Source: Candidatus Cloacimonadota bacterium (lineage in GTDB: Bacteria > Cloacimonadota > Cloacimonadia > Cloacimonadales > TCS61). From it: DNA of 64,000 nucleotides. The position numbers were made by a program, and so were the translations under genes. Below the pieces are notes generated by a model, which did no database searches, was not told where the DNA came from, and saw only the letters and a list, made by a program, of their open reading frames with translations. Within the stretch, counting starts at the first letter, position 1, and every line of letters begins with the position of its first letter. This document shows positions 28,759 to 37,372 of the stretch, one piece after another. The DNA lies in contig JABGOP010000003.1 of NCBI GenBank assembly GCA_018645365.1, positions 3,967 to 67,966 on the forward strand, read 5' to 3'.

Positions 28759-30210
28759 TTATACATTTTCAATCGCAAATTTTAGTGCATTTTGCAACAT
28801 TTCGTCGGGCGGAGTATCTATCAATCCGCTTTCCGTCATCATTTTAAGTGTTTTTTCACTCATCGAAATATCTTTCTTGGCAAGGTTATAAACTTCATCC
28901 CAGCTCATCTCAATTCGTGCCACGCCATCTTCGATGGCTTGCATTGCCACATCAGCTGCTTCTCTCGGAAACACATCCATTTCATCCATTTTTGGTACGA
29001 TATTTTCTGTATTTATACCGCGTTTTTCAGCAAATTTCGCCAAAGATTTAGCGGCGGTAATCGCCATATTATCGGTAATTTTTTTAGCTCGAACCAAAAG
29101 TGCACCTTTCAAAATACCAGGAAAACCAACAGAGTTATTAACCTGATTTGGGAAATCACCACGACCAGTTGCCACAATAAAAGCACCCGCCTCTTTGGCA
29201 GCGTAAGGATAAATTTCTGGAATTGGATTTGCACAAGTAAACACGATAGACTTTTCTGCCATTGAAGCAATCCATTCGGGCTTAACCGTTTCTGGACCTG
29301 GTCTAGAAAGTGCAATCATCACATCTGCGTTTTTACAAGCTTCCGCAAATGTATCAATTTTTTGTGGATTTGTAGTTTCACAAAGTTCCCATTTTCGATA
29401 AAATCGTTCGTCAGTTTCGATGTCTTTCCTATCCAAATGCAAACCACCTTTTGAATCAAACAAGGCAAGATTTTTTGGGTTTCCACCAGCCTTGATAATT
29501 AATCTAGCAATTGTTGTATTGGAAGCACCTGCACCCAAAAGAACAATTTTCACATCTTCAATTTTTTTCTCAACTAATTTGAGAGCATTAATTAAACCTG
29601 CTAAGGTAACGCAAGCTGTGCCTTGTGCATCATCGTGCCAAACTGGAATATCGCACTCTTCGCGCAGAGTATCCAAAACTTTGTAACAGTTTGGTTGAGA
29701 AATATCTTCCAAATTAACAGCACCAAAACTCGGTTGCAACATTTTCACAAATTCGATAATTTTATCTGGATCTTTTTCACCGTTTTCATTTGTACTATCA
29801 ATGCATAATGCCGTGGCATCTACACCACCTAAACATTTCATTAGGAATGCTTTACCTTCCATCACACCGAGCCCTCCCGGTGGCGTGCAATCACCATCGC
29901 CGAGAACACGAGTAGAATCACTAACCACTGCCACATAATTTCCGCGATTGGAAAGCTCGAAACTCGTATCGTTATTGTCACGAATGGTTGTGGAAACCTT
30001 AGAAACGCCCGGCGTGTACCAAACATTAAACCAGTTAAATCCAAAAACACCCGCCTTTGGAGCAGTTTGAACTTTACCACCGTAAAACTTATGAGCTGAA
30101 AACGACAATTCCTTTAGGAATATAGTTTTAGCTTTCGCTATTTGCTCTTTTGTAAAATTTTTTGGGAATACTTCATCTAAGTTTGATAGATCAAGTTTTA
30201 TTTTTCTCAT
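28759..30210 (-). CDS. NAD(P)-dependent malic enzyme
   Basis: VVSDSTRVLGDGD, GVMEGKAFLMK and the Rossmann motif LGAGASNTTIA, collinear with short prokaryotic malic enzymes. Confidence 0.9.
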   Translation of the reverse strand: MRKIKLDLSNLDEVFPKNFTKEQIAKAKTIFLKELSFSAHKFYGGKVQTAPKAGVFGFNWFNVWYTPGVSKVSTTIRDNNDTSFELSNRGNYVAVVSDSTRVLGDGDCTPPGGLGVMEGKAFLMKCLGGVDATALCIDSTNENGEKDPDKIIEFVKMLQPSFGAVNLEDISQPNCYKVLDTLREECDIPVWHDDAQGTACVTLAGLINALKLVEKKIEDVKIVLLGAGASNTTIARLIIKAGGNPKNLALFDSKGGLHLDRKDIETDERFYRKWELCETTNPQKIDTFAEACKNADVMIALSRPGPETVKPEWIASMAEKSIVFTCANPIPEIYPYAAKEAGAFIVATGRGDFPNQVNNSVGFPGILKGALLVRAKKITDNMAITAAKSLAKFAEKRGINTENIVPKMDEMDVFPREAADVAMQAIEDGVARIEMSWDEVYNLAKKDISMSEKTLKMMTESGLIDTPPDEMLQNALKFAIENV

Positions 30211-30211
30211 T

Positions 30212-30769
30212 TTAAAAGCCCTCTTTTTTATATTTTTTTACGCCTTCTTTGTAAATATCATTACCCTGCACATCATTTGCTACAATACATGGGAAATTTT
30301 CCACTTTCATTTCGCGAATTGCTTCTGGACCCAAGTCTTCATAAGCAATAATTTTTGCTTCTTTGATGGAATCTGCCATAACTACTGCTGCCCCACCAAT
30401 TGCTGCCAAATAAACAGCATTATTTTTTTGCATTGAAGCAATTACTTCTTCACTTCGCGGACCTTTCCCAATCATTGCCTTTAAGCCAACATTCAAAAGA
30501 GCCGGTGCATACGGGTCCATTCTGTAGCTTGTGGTTGGCCCCGCTGAACCGATAGGACGACCAGGTGGTGCTGGTGCTGGTCCAACATAGTAGATAATCT
30601 GACCTTCTACATCAAATGGCAATTCTTTACCATTTTCGAGAAGCTCTACTAATCTTTTATGAGCCGCATCTCGTCCACTATAAATAGTCCCAGAAATAAA
30701 TACTTTGTCACCAATTTTCAATTTTTCCAAATCGGTTGTTTTGAGAGGAGTTTCTAAATATATTTCCAT
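30212..30769 (-). CDS. fumB: Class I (Fe-S) fumarate hydratase, beta (C-terminal domain) subunit
   Basis: GTIYSGRDAAHKRL and GPAPAPPGRPIGSAGPTTS, typical of Fe-S hydro-lyase beta subunits. A tartrate dehydratase beta subunit cannot be excluded from sequence alone. Confidence 0.88.
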   Translation of the reverse strand: MEIYLETPLKTTDLEKLKIGDKVFISGTIYSGRDAAHKRLVELLENGKELPFDVEGQIIYYVGPAPAPPGRPIGSAGPTTSYRMDPYAPALLNVGLKAMIGKGPRSEEVIASMQKNNAVYLAAIGGAAVVMADSIKEAKIIAYEDLGPEAIREMKVENFPCIVANDVQGNDIYKEGVKKYKKEGF

Positions 30770-30781
30770 TCTACATCCCTC

Positions 30782-31627
30782 CTAAATTATGATGCTTTTG
30801 TGGCGAGCCGCATGGCATTGCACATTCACAGCTACTGGCATCGACGCAATGTGGCAAGGTTTCGTGAGAATGTGGACAGCGAGAGCTGTCGTATTTCCAC
30901 CTAAACCTTGTGGACCAATGCCGAGATTATTGATTTTTCCCAAGATTATTTTCTCAATTTCCGCCCATTTTGGGTCAGGATTTTCTTCATCTAAATTGCG
31001 TAATAACGATTTTTTTGAAAGAAGGGCACTTTGCTCAAAATTACCACCCAAACCAACACCTACGATAATTGGTGGACAAGGATTTCCGCCTGAACGTGCG
31101 ATTCTATCCACCACAAAATCGATAACACCTTCGATTCCATCAGCAGCTTTCATCATTTTGACTTCGCTCATATTCTCGGAACCACCACCTTTTGGAGCAA
31201 CCGTAATCTTCAAATCTTCACCCGCTACGATTTCGGTATAAATAATAGCTGGCGTATTATCGGTCGTATTTTTCCGTTCTATGATTGGATCATTCACCAT
31301 CGATTTTCGCAAATAACCAGCTTCATAACCTTGTTTAACACCTTCATTTATCGCGGTTGTAAAATCTCCGCCAACAATATGAACATCTTGCCCAATCTCC
31401 ACAAAAATTACCGCAATTCCAGTATCTTGACAAATGGGCATTCTGTTTTCGGCAGCAAGTTCATAATTTTTGAGAAGAATATCCAAAACATCTTTTGCGG
31501 TTGGAGAAGTTTCTTTCACATAAAACTCTTTGATTTTTGCCACCAAATCTTTTCCGATAAAATAATTTGCATCGATACACAAATTTTTCACAATTGGAAT
31601 GATTTCATTTACATTAATTTCTCGCAT
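30782..31627 (-). CDS. fumA: Class I (Fe-S) fumarate hydratase, alpha (N-terminal domain) subunit
   Basis: MPICQDTGIAVIFVE and PCPPIIVGVGLGG with conserved Cys ligands. Confidence 0.88.
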   Translation of the reverse strand: MREINVNEIIPIVKNLCIDANYFIGKDLVAKIKEFYVKETSPTAKDVLDILLKNYELAAENRMPICQDTGIAVIFVEIGQDVHIVGGDFTTAINEGVKQGYEAGYLRKSMVNDPIIERKNTTDNTPAIIYTEIVAGEDLKITVAPKGGGSENMSEVKMMKAADGIEGVIDFVVDRIARSGGNPCPPIIVGVGLGGNFEQSALLSKKSLLRNLDEENPDPKWAEIEKIILGKINNLGIGPQGLGGNTTALAVHILTKPCHIASMPVAVNVQCHAARHKSIII

Positions 31628-31633
31628 AATTCC

Positions 31634-32509
31634 TCATTTTTTGAAAAGCACCTTGGCTACTGTTTCACCAATCTGTGCTGGAGTTTCCGAAACCGTTACG
31701 CCCGCATTTTGAAGAGCTACTATTTTCTCTTGTGCGGTGCCTTTACTGCCAGCAATAATTGCACCAGCATGCCCCATTCTTTTACCTTTTGGTGCAGTTT
31801 GCCCCGCGATAAATGCTACCACTGGCTTGGAAATATTTTCTTTAATAAATTCGGCAGCTTTAATCTCTAATTCGCCACCAATTTCACCGATTAAAACAAT
31901 CGCTTCTGTTTCATTATCGGCTTCAAAAAGTTGTAAAAGTTCAATGTATGAAGCTCCAATAATTGGGTCACCACCAATTCCAACTGCAGTGGTGATGCCA
32001 AATCCAGCTTGTACAATTTGATTCGCCGCTTCGTAAGTAAGTGTGCCCGATTTAGAGATGAGCCCCACATTTCCTTTTTTGAAAACATAGCCCGGCATAA
32101 TCCCAATTTTTGTCTCTTCAGCGGTGATAATTCCTGGACAATTCGGACCAATAAGAGTTGCACCTTTATCCTTCACAAAGCGTTTCGCAATTACCATATC
32201 ACTCACTGGAATGCCCTCTGTAATACAGACAATTATTTCGATACCAGCATCTGCCGCTTCCATTATTGCTTCTGCGGCAAAAGCAGGTGGTACAAAAATA
32301 AGGCTGACATTTGCTCCCGTGGCGATAACTGCTTCAGATACAGAATCGAATACTGGCTTAGCCAAATGAGTGGTTCCCCCTTTTTTGGGAGTAACACCGC
32401 CCACAATATTTGTGCCATACTCTAAACATTGTTCCGCGTGAAAACTACCCTCTTTTCCAGTAAAGCCCTGCACAATTATTTTTGAATTTTTATTCACTAA
32501 AATACTCAT
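31634..32509 (-). CDS. sucD: Succinyl-CoA synthetase alpha subunit
   Basis: [17 protein letters not shown] and the phosphohistidine region MGHAGAII. I prefer the ATG at 32509 (MSILVNK...), which follows GAGAGG and lies 1 nt after the sucC stop. The track extension to 32548 would overlap sucC. Confidence 0.95.
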   Translation of the reverse strand: MSILVNKNSKIIVQGFTGKEGSFHAEQCLEYGTNIVGGVTPKKGGTTHLAKPVFDSVSEAVIATGANVSLIFVPPAFAAEAIMEAADAGIEIIVCITEGIPVSDMVIAKRFVKDKGATLIGPNCPGIITAEETKIGIMPGYVFKKGNVGLISKSGTLTYEAANQIVQAGFGITTAVGIGGDPIIGASYIELLQLFEADNETEAIVLIGEIGGELEIKAAEFIKENISKPVVAFIAGQTAPKGKRMGHAGAIIAGSKGTAQEKIVALQNAGVTVSETPAQIGETVAKVLFKK

Positions 32510-32510
32510 T

Positions 32511-33677
32511 TTAACCTCTCGCAGCAGCCACGACTTTTTTGGCGCCATCGCTCATACTTTCTGCAGTTATGATATTTTGAATGTTTGCTTTTTTGAGAAT
32601 TTCGGATGCTTCTTTCGCATTTGTTCCATCTAATCGAATCACGAGTGGAACATTCACATTTATTTTTTGAGTCGCTTCCAAAATTCCATTCGCAATACGG
32701 TCACAACGCACAATGCCACCAAAAATATTCACAAAAATTGCTTTTACATTTGGGTCTTTCAAAATAATTTCGAAACTTTTGGCGACTGTTTCGGCTGTTG
32801 CTTTTCCACCTACATCAAGAAAATTTGCTGGCTCACCGTTTTCGTGTTTGACAATATCCATCGTGGACATCGCCAAACCAGCCCCATTCACCACACAACC
32901 TACATTTCCATCTAGTTTTACATAACTCAAACCATATTTATCAGCTTCTAATTCAGTTGGTTCTTCTTCGTCAAAATCACGCATTGCGGCAATTTCTTTG
33001 TGTTTGAACATCGCGTTATCATCGAATCCTACTTTTGCGTCGAGAGCGATAAATTCATCATCATCGGTTAATACAAGCGGATTAACTTCAATCATATTCG
33101 CATCTTTTTGCACATATATTTGGTATAAAGATGCGACTAAGTTGGTTACTTTTTTGGTTAAATCTGCGTTCAAACCAAAAGTTTTTGCAATCATTCTGCC
33201 GTGAAAACTGCGAAAACCGATAAGTGGATTTATTTGAATTTTAACGATTTTTTCTGGCATTTCTGCCGCCACTTTTTCGATGTCCATTCCACCTTCTGCC
33301 GATGCAATAATGACTGGCATTTCGGTAGCTCTATCTAAAAGGATACTCAAATAATATTCCTCTTTGATGTCCACCGCTTCCACAATATACACTTTTTGAA
33401 CCAATTTTCCTTCTGGTCCAGTTTGGTGCGTAACAAGATTCATACCCAAAATTTCGTGAGCATATTTTCCTACAGCTTCCAAGTCTTTGGCAAATTTCAC
33501 ACCACCGCCTTTACCTCTACCACCAGCGTGAATTTGTGCTTTCACTACCCAACTTTTTCCGCCAATTTCTTTGGCAGCGGAAATTGCATTTTCTGCATTT
33601 TCGATAATTTTCCCATTTTGAACTGGAATGCCAAAATCGGCAAAAATCTGCTTCGCTTGATATTCGTGAATATTCAT
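32511..33677 (-). CDS. sucC: Succinyl-CoA synthetase beta subunit
   Basis: [12 protein letters not shown], the ATP-grasp region and a C-terminal ligase-CoA domain (GGIVRCD). Confidence 0.96.
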   Translation of the reverse strand: MNIHEYQAKQIFADFGIPVQNGKIIENAENAISAAKEIGGKSWVVKAQIHAGGRGKGGGVKFAKDLEAVGKYAHEILGMNLVTHQTGPEGKLVQKVYIVEAVDIKEEYYLSILLDRATEMPVIIASAEGGMDIEKVAAEMPEKIVKIQINPLIGFRSFHGRMIAKTFGLNADLTKKVTNLVASLYQIYVQKDANMIEVNPLVLTDDDEFIALDAKVGFDDNAMFKHKEIAAMRDFDEEEPTELEADKYGLSYVKLDGNVGCVVNGAGLAMSTMDIVKHENGEPANFLDVGGKATAETVAKSFEIILKDPNVKAIFVNIFGGIVRCDRIANGILEATQKINVNVPLVIRLDGTNAKEASEILKKANIQNIITAESMSDGAKKVVAAARG

Positions 33678-33686
33678 ATTCCCTCT

Positions 33687-35357
33687 TTAATAAAGCGTAC
33701 CTTGATAGATCGTTGTCAATTGCTTTGCTTTTACATGATTTGGAATGTAATCTGGCAACAAAATCGGTGAAATTCGTTTTTTATCAATGCCCAATTTTTC
33801 CACCTCTTTCGCGTATTCATCTGCGTGTTTTATTGAAAGTTCACCCAATTCAACTCCATTCAAAACTTTTTCTGCTGCGTTTTTTCCAGCTCTTCTGCCA
33901 AACACAATAATGTCGAGTTGGGAATTGCCCATCAGTCTATTTCTACCGTGAATACCACCAGCTGCTTCGCCAGCTACATAAAGTCCAGGAATGGAAGTTT
34001 CTGATTTCGCATTAATTTCCAATCCACCGTTTTGATAATGCAAAGTTGGGAAAACCAACATCGGATATTCACGAATATCGATGTCAAATCTACTGTATTG
34101 ACGCAACATTGCTGGCAATACACTTTCGATTGTACCTTCACCACTTAATTCTTCGATGAGGGGAGTATCGAGCCAAATTCCTTTCAAACCAGTTGGAGTG
34201 GAAACACCTTTATCATCTTCACATTCACGAATGAAAGCTGATGCTTCGATGTCGCGCGGTTCGAGCGGAAACACAAAAAGTTCACCGTCTTTATTTACCG
34301 GTTGAGCACCCAAAGCACGAATTTTTTCAGTACATAAAAAGCCAACAATTTGTTCTGGAAAAACTGCGCCGGTCGGATGATATTGAACTGAATCCATATA
34401 AAGTAAATTTGCACCAGCACGATAACCCATCACGAGACCATCAGCAGTTGCACCATAATGATTTGTGGTTTCGAAATCACGAATGTGCAATCTACCGAAG
34501 CCACCAGTAGCAATAATCACAGTTTTCGCTTTGACGATAAAATATTCTTTCAATTCCATGTGATACAAAATAGCACCAGCTACTTGCCCTTTGTCATCTT
34601 TGATGAGTTCTGTGGCGGAAGTGTATTCCAAAATATTAATTCCATCAGGGTGACTTTGCACTTCATCACGCAGAACACGGCAAATCCCAGCACCGGTATA
34701 GTCACGAGTCGAGTGCATTCTGTTACGACAAGTTCCACCACCTGGTTTCACCATCATCGAACCGTCTTCGTTTTTATCGAACATTACGCCCAATTCTTCC
34801 AGCCATTTGATAGATTGCGGTGCATCCATTACAAGTGCCTCAACCAAATCTTTTTTATTATCGAAATGACCGCCACCAACTACATCGAGGTAGTGTAAAT
34901 AAGGGTTGTCATCTGTTTGATCTGCCGCCTGAATTCCACCTTGTGCCATCATCGAGTTAGCATCACCGAGACGCAATTTCGTTACCAACATTGTTTCCAC
35001 ACCTTTTTTGGAAGCTTCCAATACTGCTGAAAGTCCTGCGGAACCAGCTCCAATTACGAGAACATCGGTTTCGTAATCTATTTTTGAAAGATCAAAAGTT
35101 GACGATGAATTTCGCGGATAAGCTTCTATAATATCTGCAACTTCATTGATCATTTTGTCGCCTTTATTTGGTCCAATTCGCACTTCTTTGAGAGCATCGT
35201 CCTTGTAATCTGGATGATAAGTATTTAAAATATCTGCGCGTTCTTGTTCACTCATTGCCGGAAAAACTTTTTTACCGTATTTTCTGGCTATTTCGAGTCG
35301 TTTTGCTCGCGTCTCCGCCACTTTCTTGATAGATTCCATCATATATTCTGGATACAT
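33687..35357 (-). CDS. Fumarate reductase/succinate dehydrogenase-family flavoprotein (soluble type, non-covalent FAD predicted)
   Basis: FAD motif DVLVIGAGSAGLSA, VQYHPTG, TEKIRALGA (compare TEGxRGEGG) and GEAAGGIHGRNRLMGNS. At the position of the covalent-FAD His (SHT in SdhA/FrdA) it reads ANSMMAQGG. It has an N-terminal extension of about 95 aa and a short C-terminus. Confidence 0.8.
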   Translation of the reverse strand: MYPEYMMESIKKVAETRAKRLEIARKYGKKVFPAMSEQERADILNTYHPDYKDDALKEVRIGPNKGDKMINEVADIIEAYPRNSSSTFDLSKIDYETDVLVIGAGSAGLSAVLEASKKGVETMLVTKLRLGDANSMMAQGGIQAADQTDDNPYLHYLDVVGGGHFDNKKDLVEALVMDAPQSIKWLEELGVMFDKNEDGSMMVKPGGGTCRNRMHSTRDYTGAGICRVLRDEVQSHPDGINILEYTSATELIKDDKGQVAGAILYHMELKEYFIVKAKTVIIATGGFGRLHIRDFETTNHYGATADGLVMGYRAGANLLYMDSVQYHPTGAVFPEQIVGFLCTEKIRALGAQPVNKDGELFVFPLEPRDIEASAFIRECEDDKGVSTPTGLKGIWLDTPLIEELSGEGTIESVLPAMLRQYSRFDIDIREYPMLVFPTLHYQNGGLEINAKSETSIPGLYVAGEAAGGIHGRNRLMGNSQLDIIVFGRRAGKNAAEKVLNGVELGELSIKHADEYAKEVEKLGIDKKRISPILLPDYIPNHVKAKQLTTIYQGTLY

Positions 35358-35369
35358 AATTCTCTCCGT

Positions 35370-36053
35370 TTAGGTAATTTTTATTTCACGATCGTAATAT
35401 ACTTTCGATAATTCATCACGATCCATTTTGTTTAATTTTTCGATATCAGCATCATATTTCCCGTTTTTAACTTCTTCAACCCGATTATCCAATTCTGGGC
35501 TTTTCTTCGCTAAATATTTGCCGTAAAGTCGGCGTGCTAAAATGCCATTATCATATTGAACTATTTCCGCTGGACAACGCATTGCACACAATCCACAACG
35601 AATACAATCGAACGAAATATTTGCCGCAGATTCCAAATCGCCACGAATTATGGACTGAATATAGTCCATCACTTGAATATCTTGTGGGCACGCTTTTGTG
35701 CAAGTATTGCAAGCGACACATCGGAAAACTGACGGAAATAAATTTGTGAAAGTTCCCACATCTGGCGTTAATGTTTCCAATTCATACAGCGGTTTTTCGG
35801 CTGGTACAAATGGAATTTGCGTAATCGCCATTCCTTCTGTAACAACGGTTTGACAGCCCAACCCACCTTTCAATTTGTAATCGCCTTTTTCACGATAAAC
35901 AGTAGCACAAGCACCACAATATCCCTCTCGACAGCCAACACCTCTTTTTAATTGAAATCCAGCATATTCGAGCGCCATAATAATCGTTGAACCTTCTGGT
36001 ACTTTGAAAAGTTCACCAGACAGATAAACAGTTACCATCTTCTTTTCCATCAT
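35370..36053 (-). CDS. Iron-sulfur subunit ([2Fe-2S] + two [4Fe-4S] motifs), SdhB/FrdB/TfrB-N-like
   Basis: CREGYCGAC...C (plant-type 2Fe-2S) followed by CVACNTCTKACP and CIRCGLCAMRCP. Confidence 0.8.
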   Translation of the reverse strand: MMEKKMVTVYLSGELFKVPEGSTIIMALEYAGFQLKRGVGCREGYCGACATVYREKGDYKLKGGLGCQTVVTEGMAITQIPFVPAEKPLYELETLTPDVGTFTNLFPSVFRCVACNTCTKACPQDIQVMDYIQSIIRGDLESAANISFDCIRCGLCAMRCPAEIVQYDNGILARRLYGKYLAKKSPELDNRVEEVKNGKYDADIEKLNKMDRDELSKVYYDREIKIT

Positions 36054-36949
36054 TTTGCTCCCTTTATTTTTTCATATTTTTTTAAAATTTCATTTGGATT
36101 TATGGCGTTAAATTCCAATCCCAAATCACTTTTTTCTAAACCTAATGCAATTCCCAAAAGTTGAGTAAAATAGAAAATTGGCATTGTTTGAAAATCAGAA
36201 TTTTTCACTGCCATCTCTTTTTGACGAACATCAAGGTTAAAGGCACAAAGTGGACAAGATGTAATGATTGCTTCCGCTCCATTTTCGCGTGCATCATTAA
36301 TGATACCACTCACTAATTTTTTCACTAAATCAATATTTTTGACAGTGTGATAACTGCCACAACAACGGCTTTTAGCATCCCATTCTACACTTTCTGCGCC
36401 CATTGCGGTTACTAATTTTTCCATAATTTGCGGTGCTTCTGGATCATCGATGCCAACCTCTTTCGGACGCAAAAGCATACAGCCATAATAGGACGCAACT
36501 TTTAGATTTTTAAGTGGATTTTCAATTTTTAATTTATCAAAACCCCATTCATCTAAAATGGAAAGAAAGTGAACAACATCGACGCTACCTGCATAATTTT
36601 CATCCTCGCGGTGCATAAAATCATTAATTTTCTGAAGTTCATCTGCATTTTCTTTCATTCTGTTATTCGTCAAACTAAGCGTATTGTAGCACATCGAACA
36701 GAGTGTAAGCAGTCGATTCTCGCTCACGGCTTCTGCCTTATTCATCTCTTGAACACGCAGGAAATTACGAACTGGTGCGAGGTGTTTCATTAAATCGTCA
36801 CTTGTCAAAGAAGAGACAACACCGCAGCAATTCCAACGCGGAATTTCCACAAATTCAATGCCAATTTTTTTGGCAGATGCAATTGCCGACATCTCAAAAT
36901 TTTTGGCTGTTGTTTTCATTGTGCAACCTGGAAAATATGGTATTTTCAT
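36050..36949 (-). CDS. HdrB/SdhE-like subunit with two CCG domains
   Basis: Two cysteine-rich CCG units: YFPGC...WNCCG...LCSMC and YYGC...RCCGS...SCPLC. No TM helix. Confidence 0.85.
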   Translation of the reverse strand: MKIPYFPGCTMKTTAKNFEMSAIASAKKIGIEFVEIPRWNCCGVVSSLTSDDLMKHLAPVRNFLRVQEMNKAEAVSENRLLTLCSMCYNTLSLTNNRMKENADELQKINDFMHREDENYAGSVDVVHFLSILDEWGFDKLKIENPLKNLKVASYYGCMLLRPKEVGIDDPEAPQIMEKLVTAMGAESVEWDAKSRCCGSYHTVKNIDLVKKLVSGIINDARENGAEAIITSCPLCAFNLDVRQKEMAVKNSDFQTMPIFYFTQLLGIALGLEKSDLGLEFNAINPNEILKKYEKIKGAK

Positions 36950-36965
36950 CTATTTTTCTCCTCTT

Positions 36966-37370
36966 CTATCCAGTAAATTTTCGGAAATTCCCAACGAGTG
37001 CAATTGTTGGTAATTTCACAGCTTCAGCTGCATCAATTTCTGCAATATCTATGTTATCAACCGCTTCGCGTAATTTAACTTGTCTAAGTGCTTCCGACAC
37101 TTTAGAAAGGTCGAGTTTACGCGGGCAACGAATAGTGCAAGTGTAACAAGAAGCACAAAGCCACATTGTTTGAGATTCCATCACCTCTTCTTGACCGAGC
37201 ATCACGAGACGCATTATTTGAGAAGGATTTATGTCCATCTCTTCCACAAATGGACAACCACCAGAGCAGGTTCCACATTGTTCACAAAGAGTAACTTGCT
37301 CGCCGCTCAAATCCATTATTTTTTCGAGAAATTTGGTTGTTTTGTCGGTAAATTTAATTTTTTTAGCCAT
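36966..37370 (-). CDS. HdrC-like 4Fe-4S dicluster protein
   Basis: CEQCGTCSGGCP and CASCYTCTIRCP in a 134-aa protein, matching the size and spacing of HdrC. Confidence 0.8.
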   Translation of the reverse strand: MAKKIKFTDKTTKFLEKIMDLSGEQVTLCEQCGTCSGGCPFVEEMDINPSQIMRLVMLGQEEVMESQTMWLCASCYTCTIRCPRKLDLSKVSEALRQVKLREAVDNIDIAEIDAAEAVKLPTIALVGNFRKFTG

Positions 37371-37372
37371 CG

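Noticed and set aside
32510-32548. 13-codon extension of sucD overlapping sucC
   Set aside because: SucD homology starts at MSILVNK... (ATG at 32509), with a Shine-Dalgarno embedded in the end of sucC. The extension ([13 protein letters not shown]) is the out-of-frame reading of the sucC 3' end.
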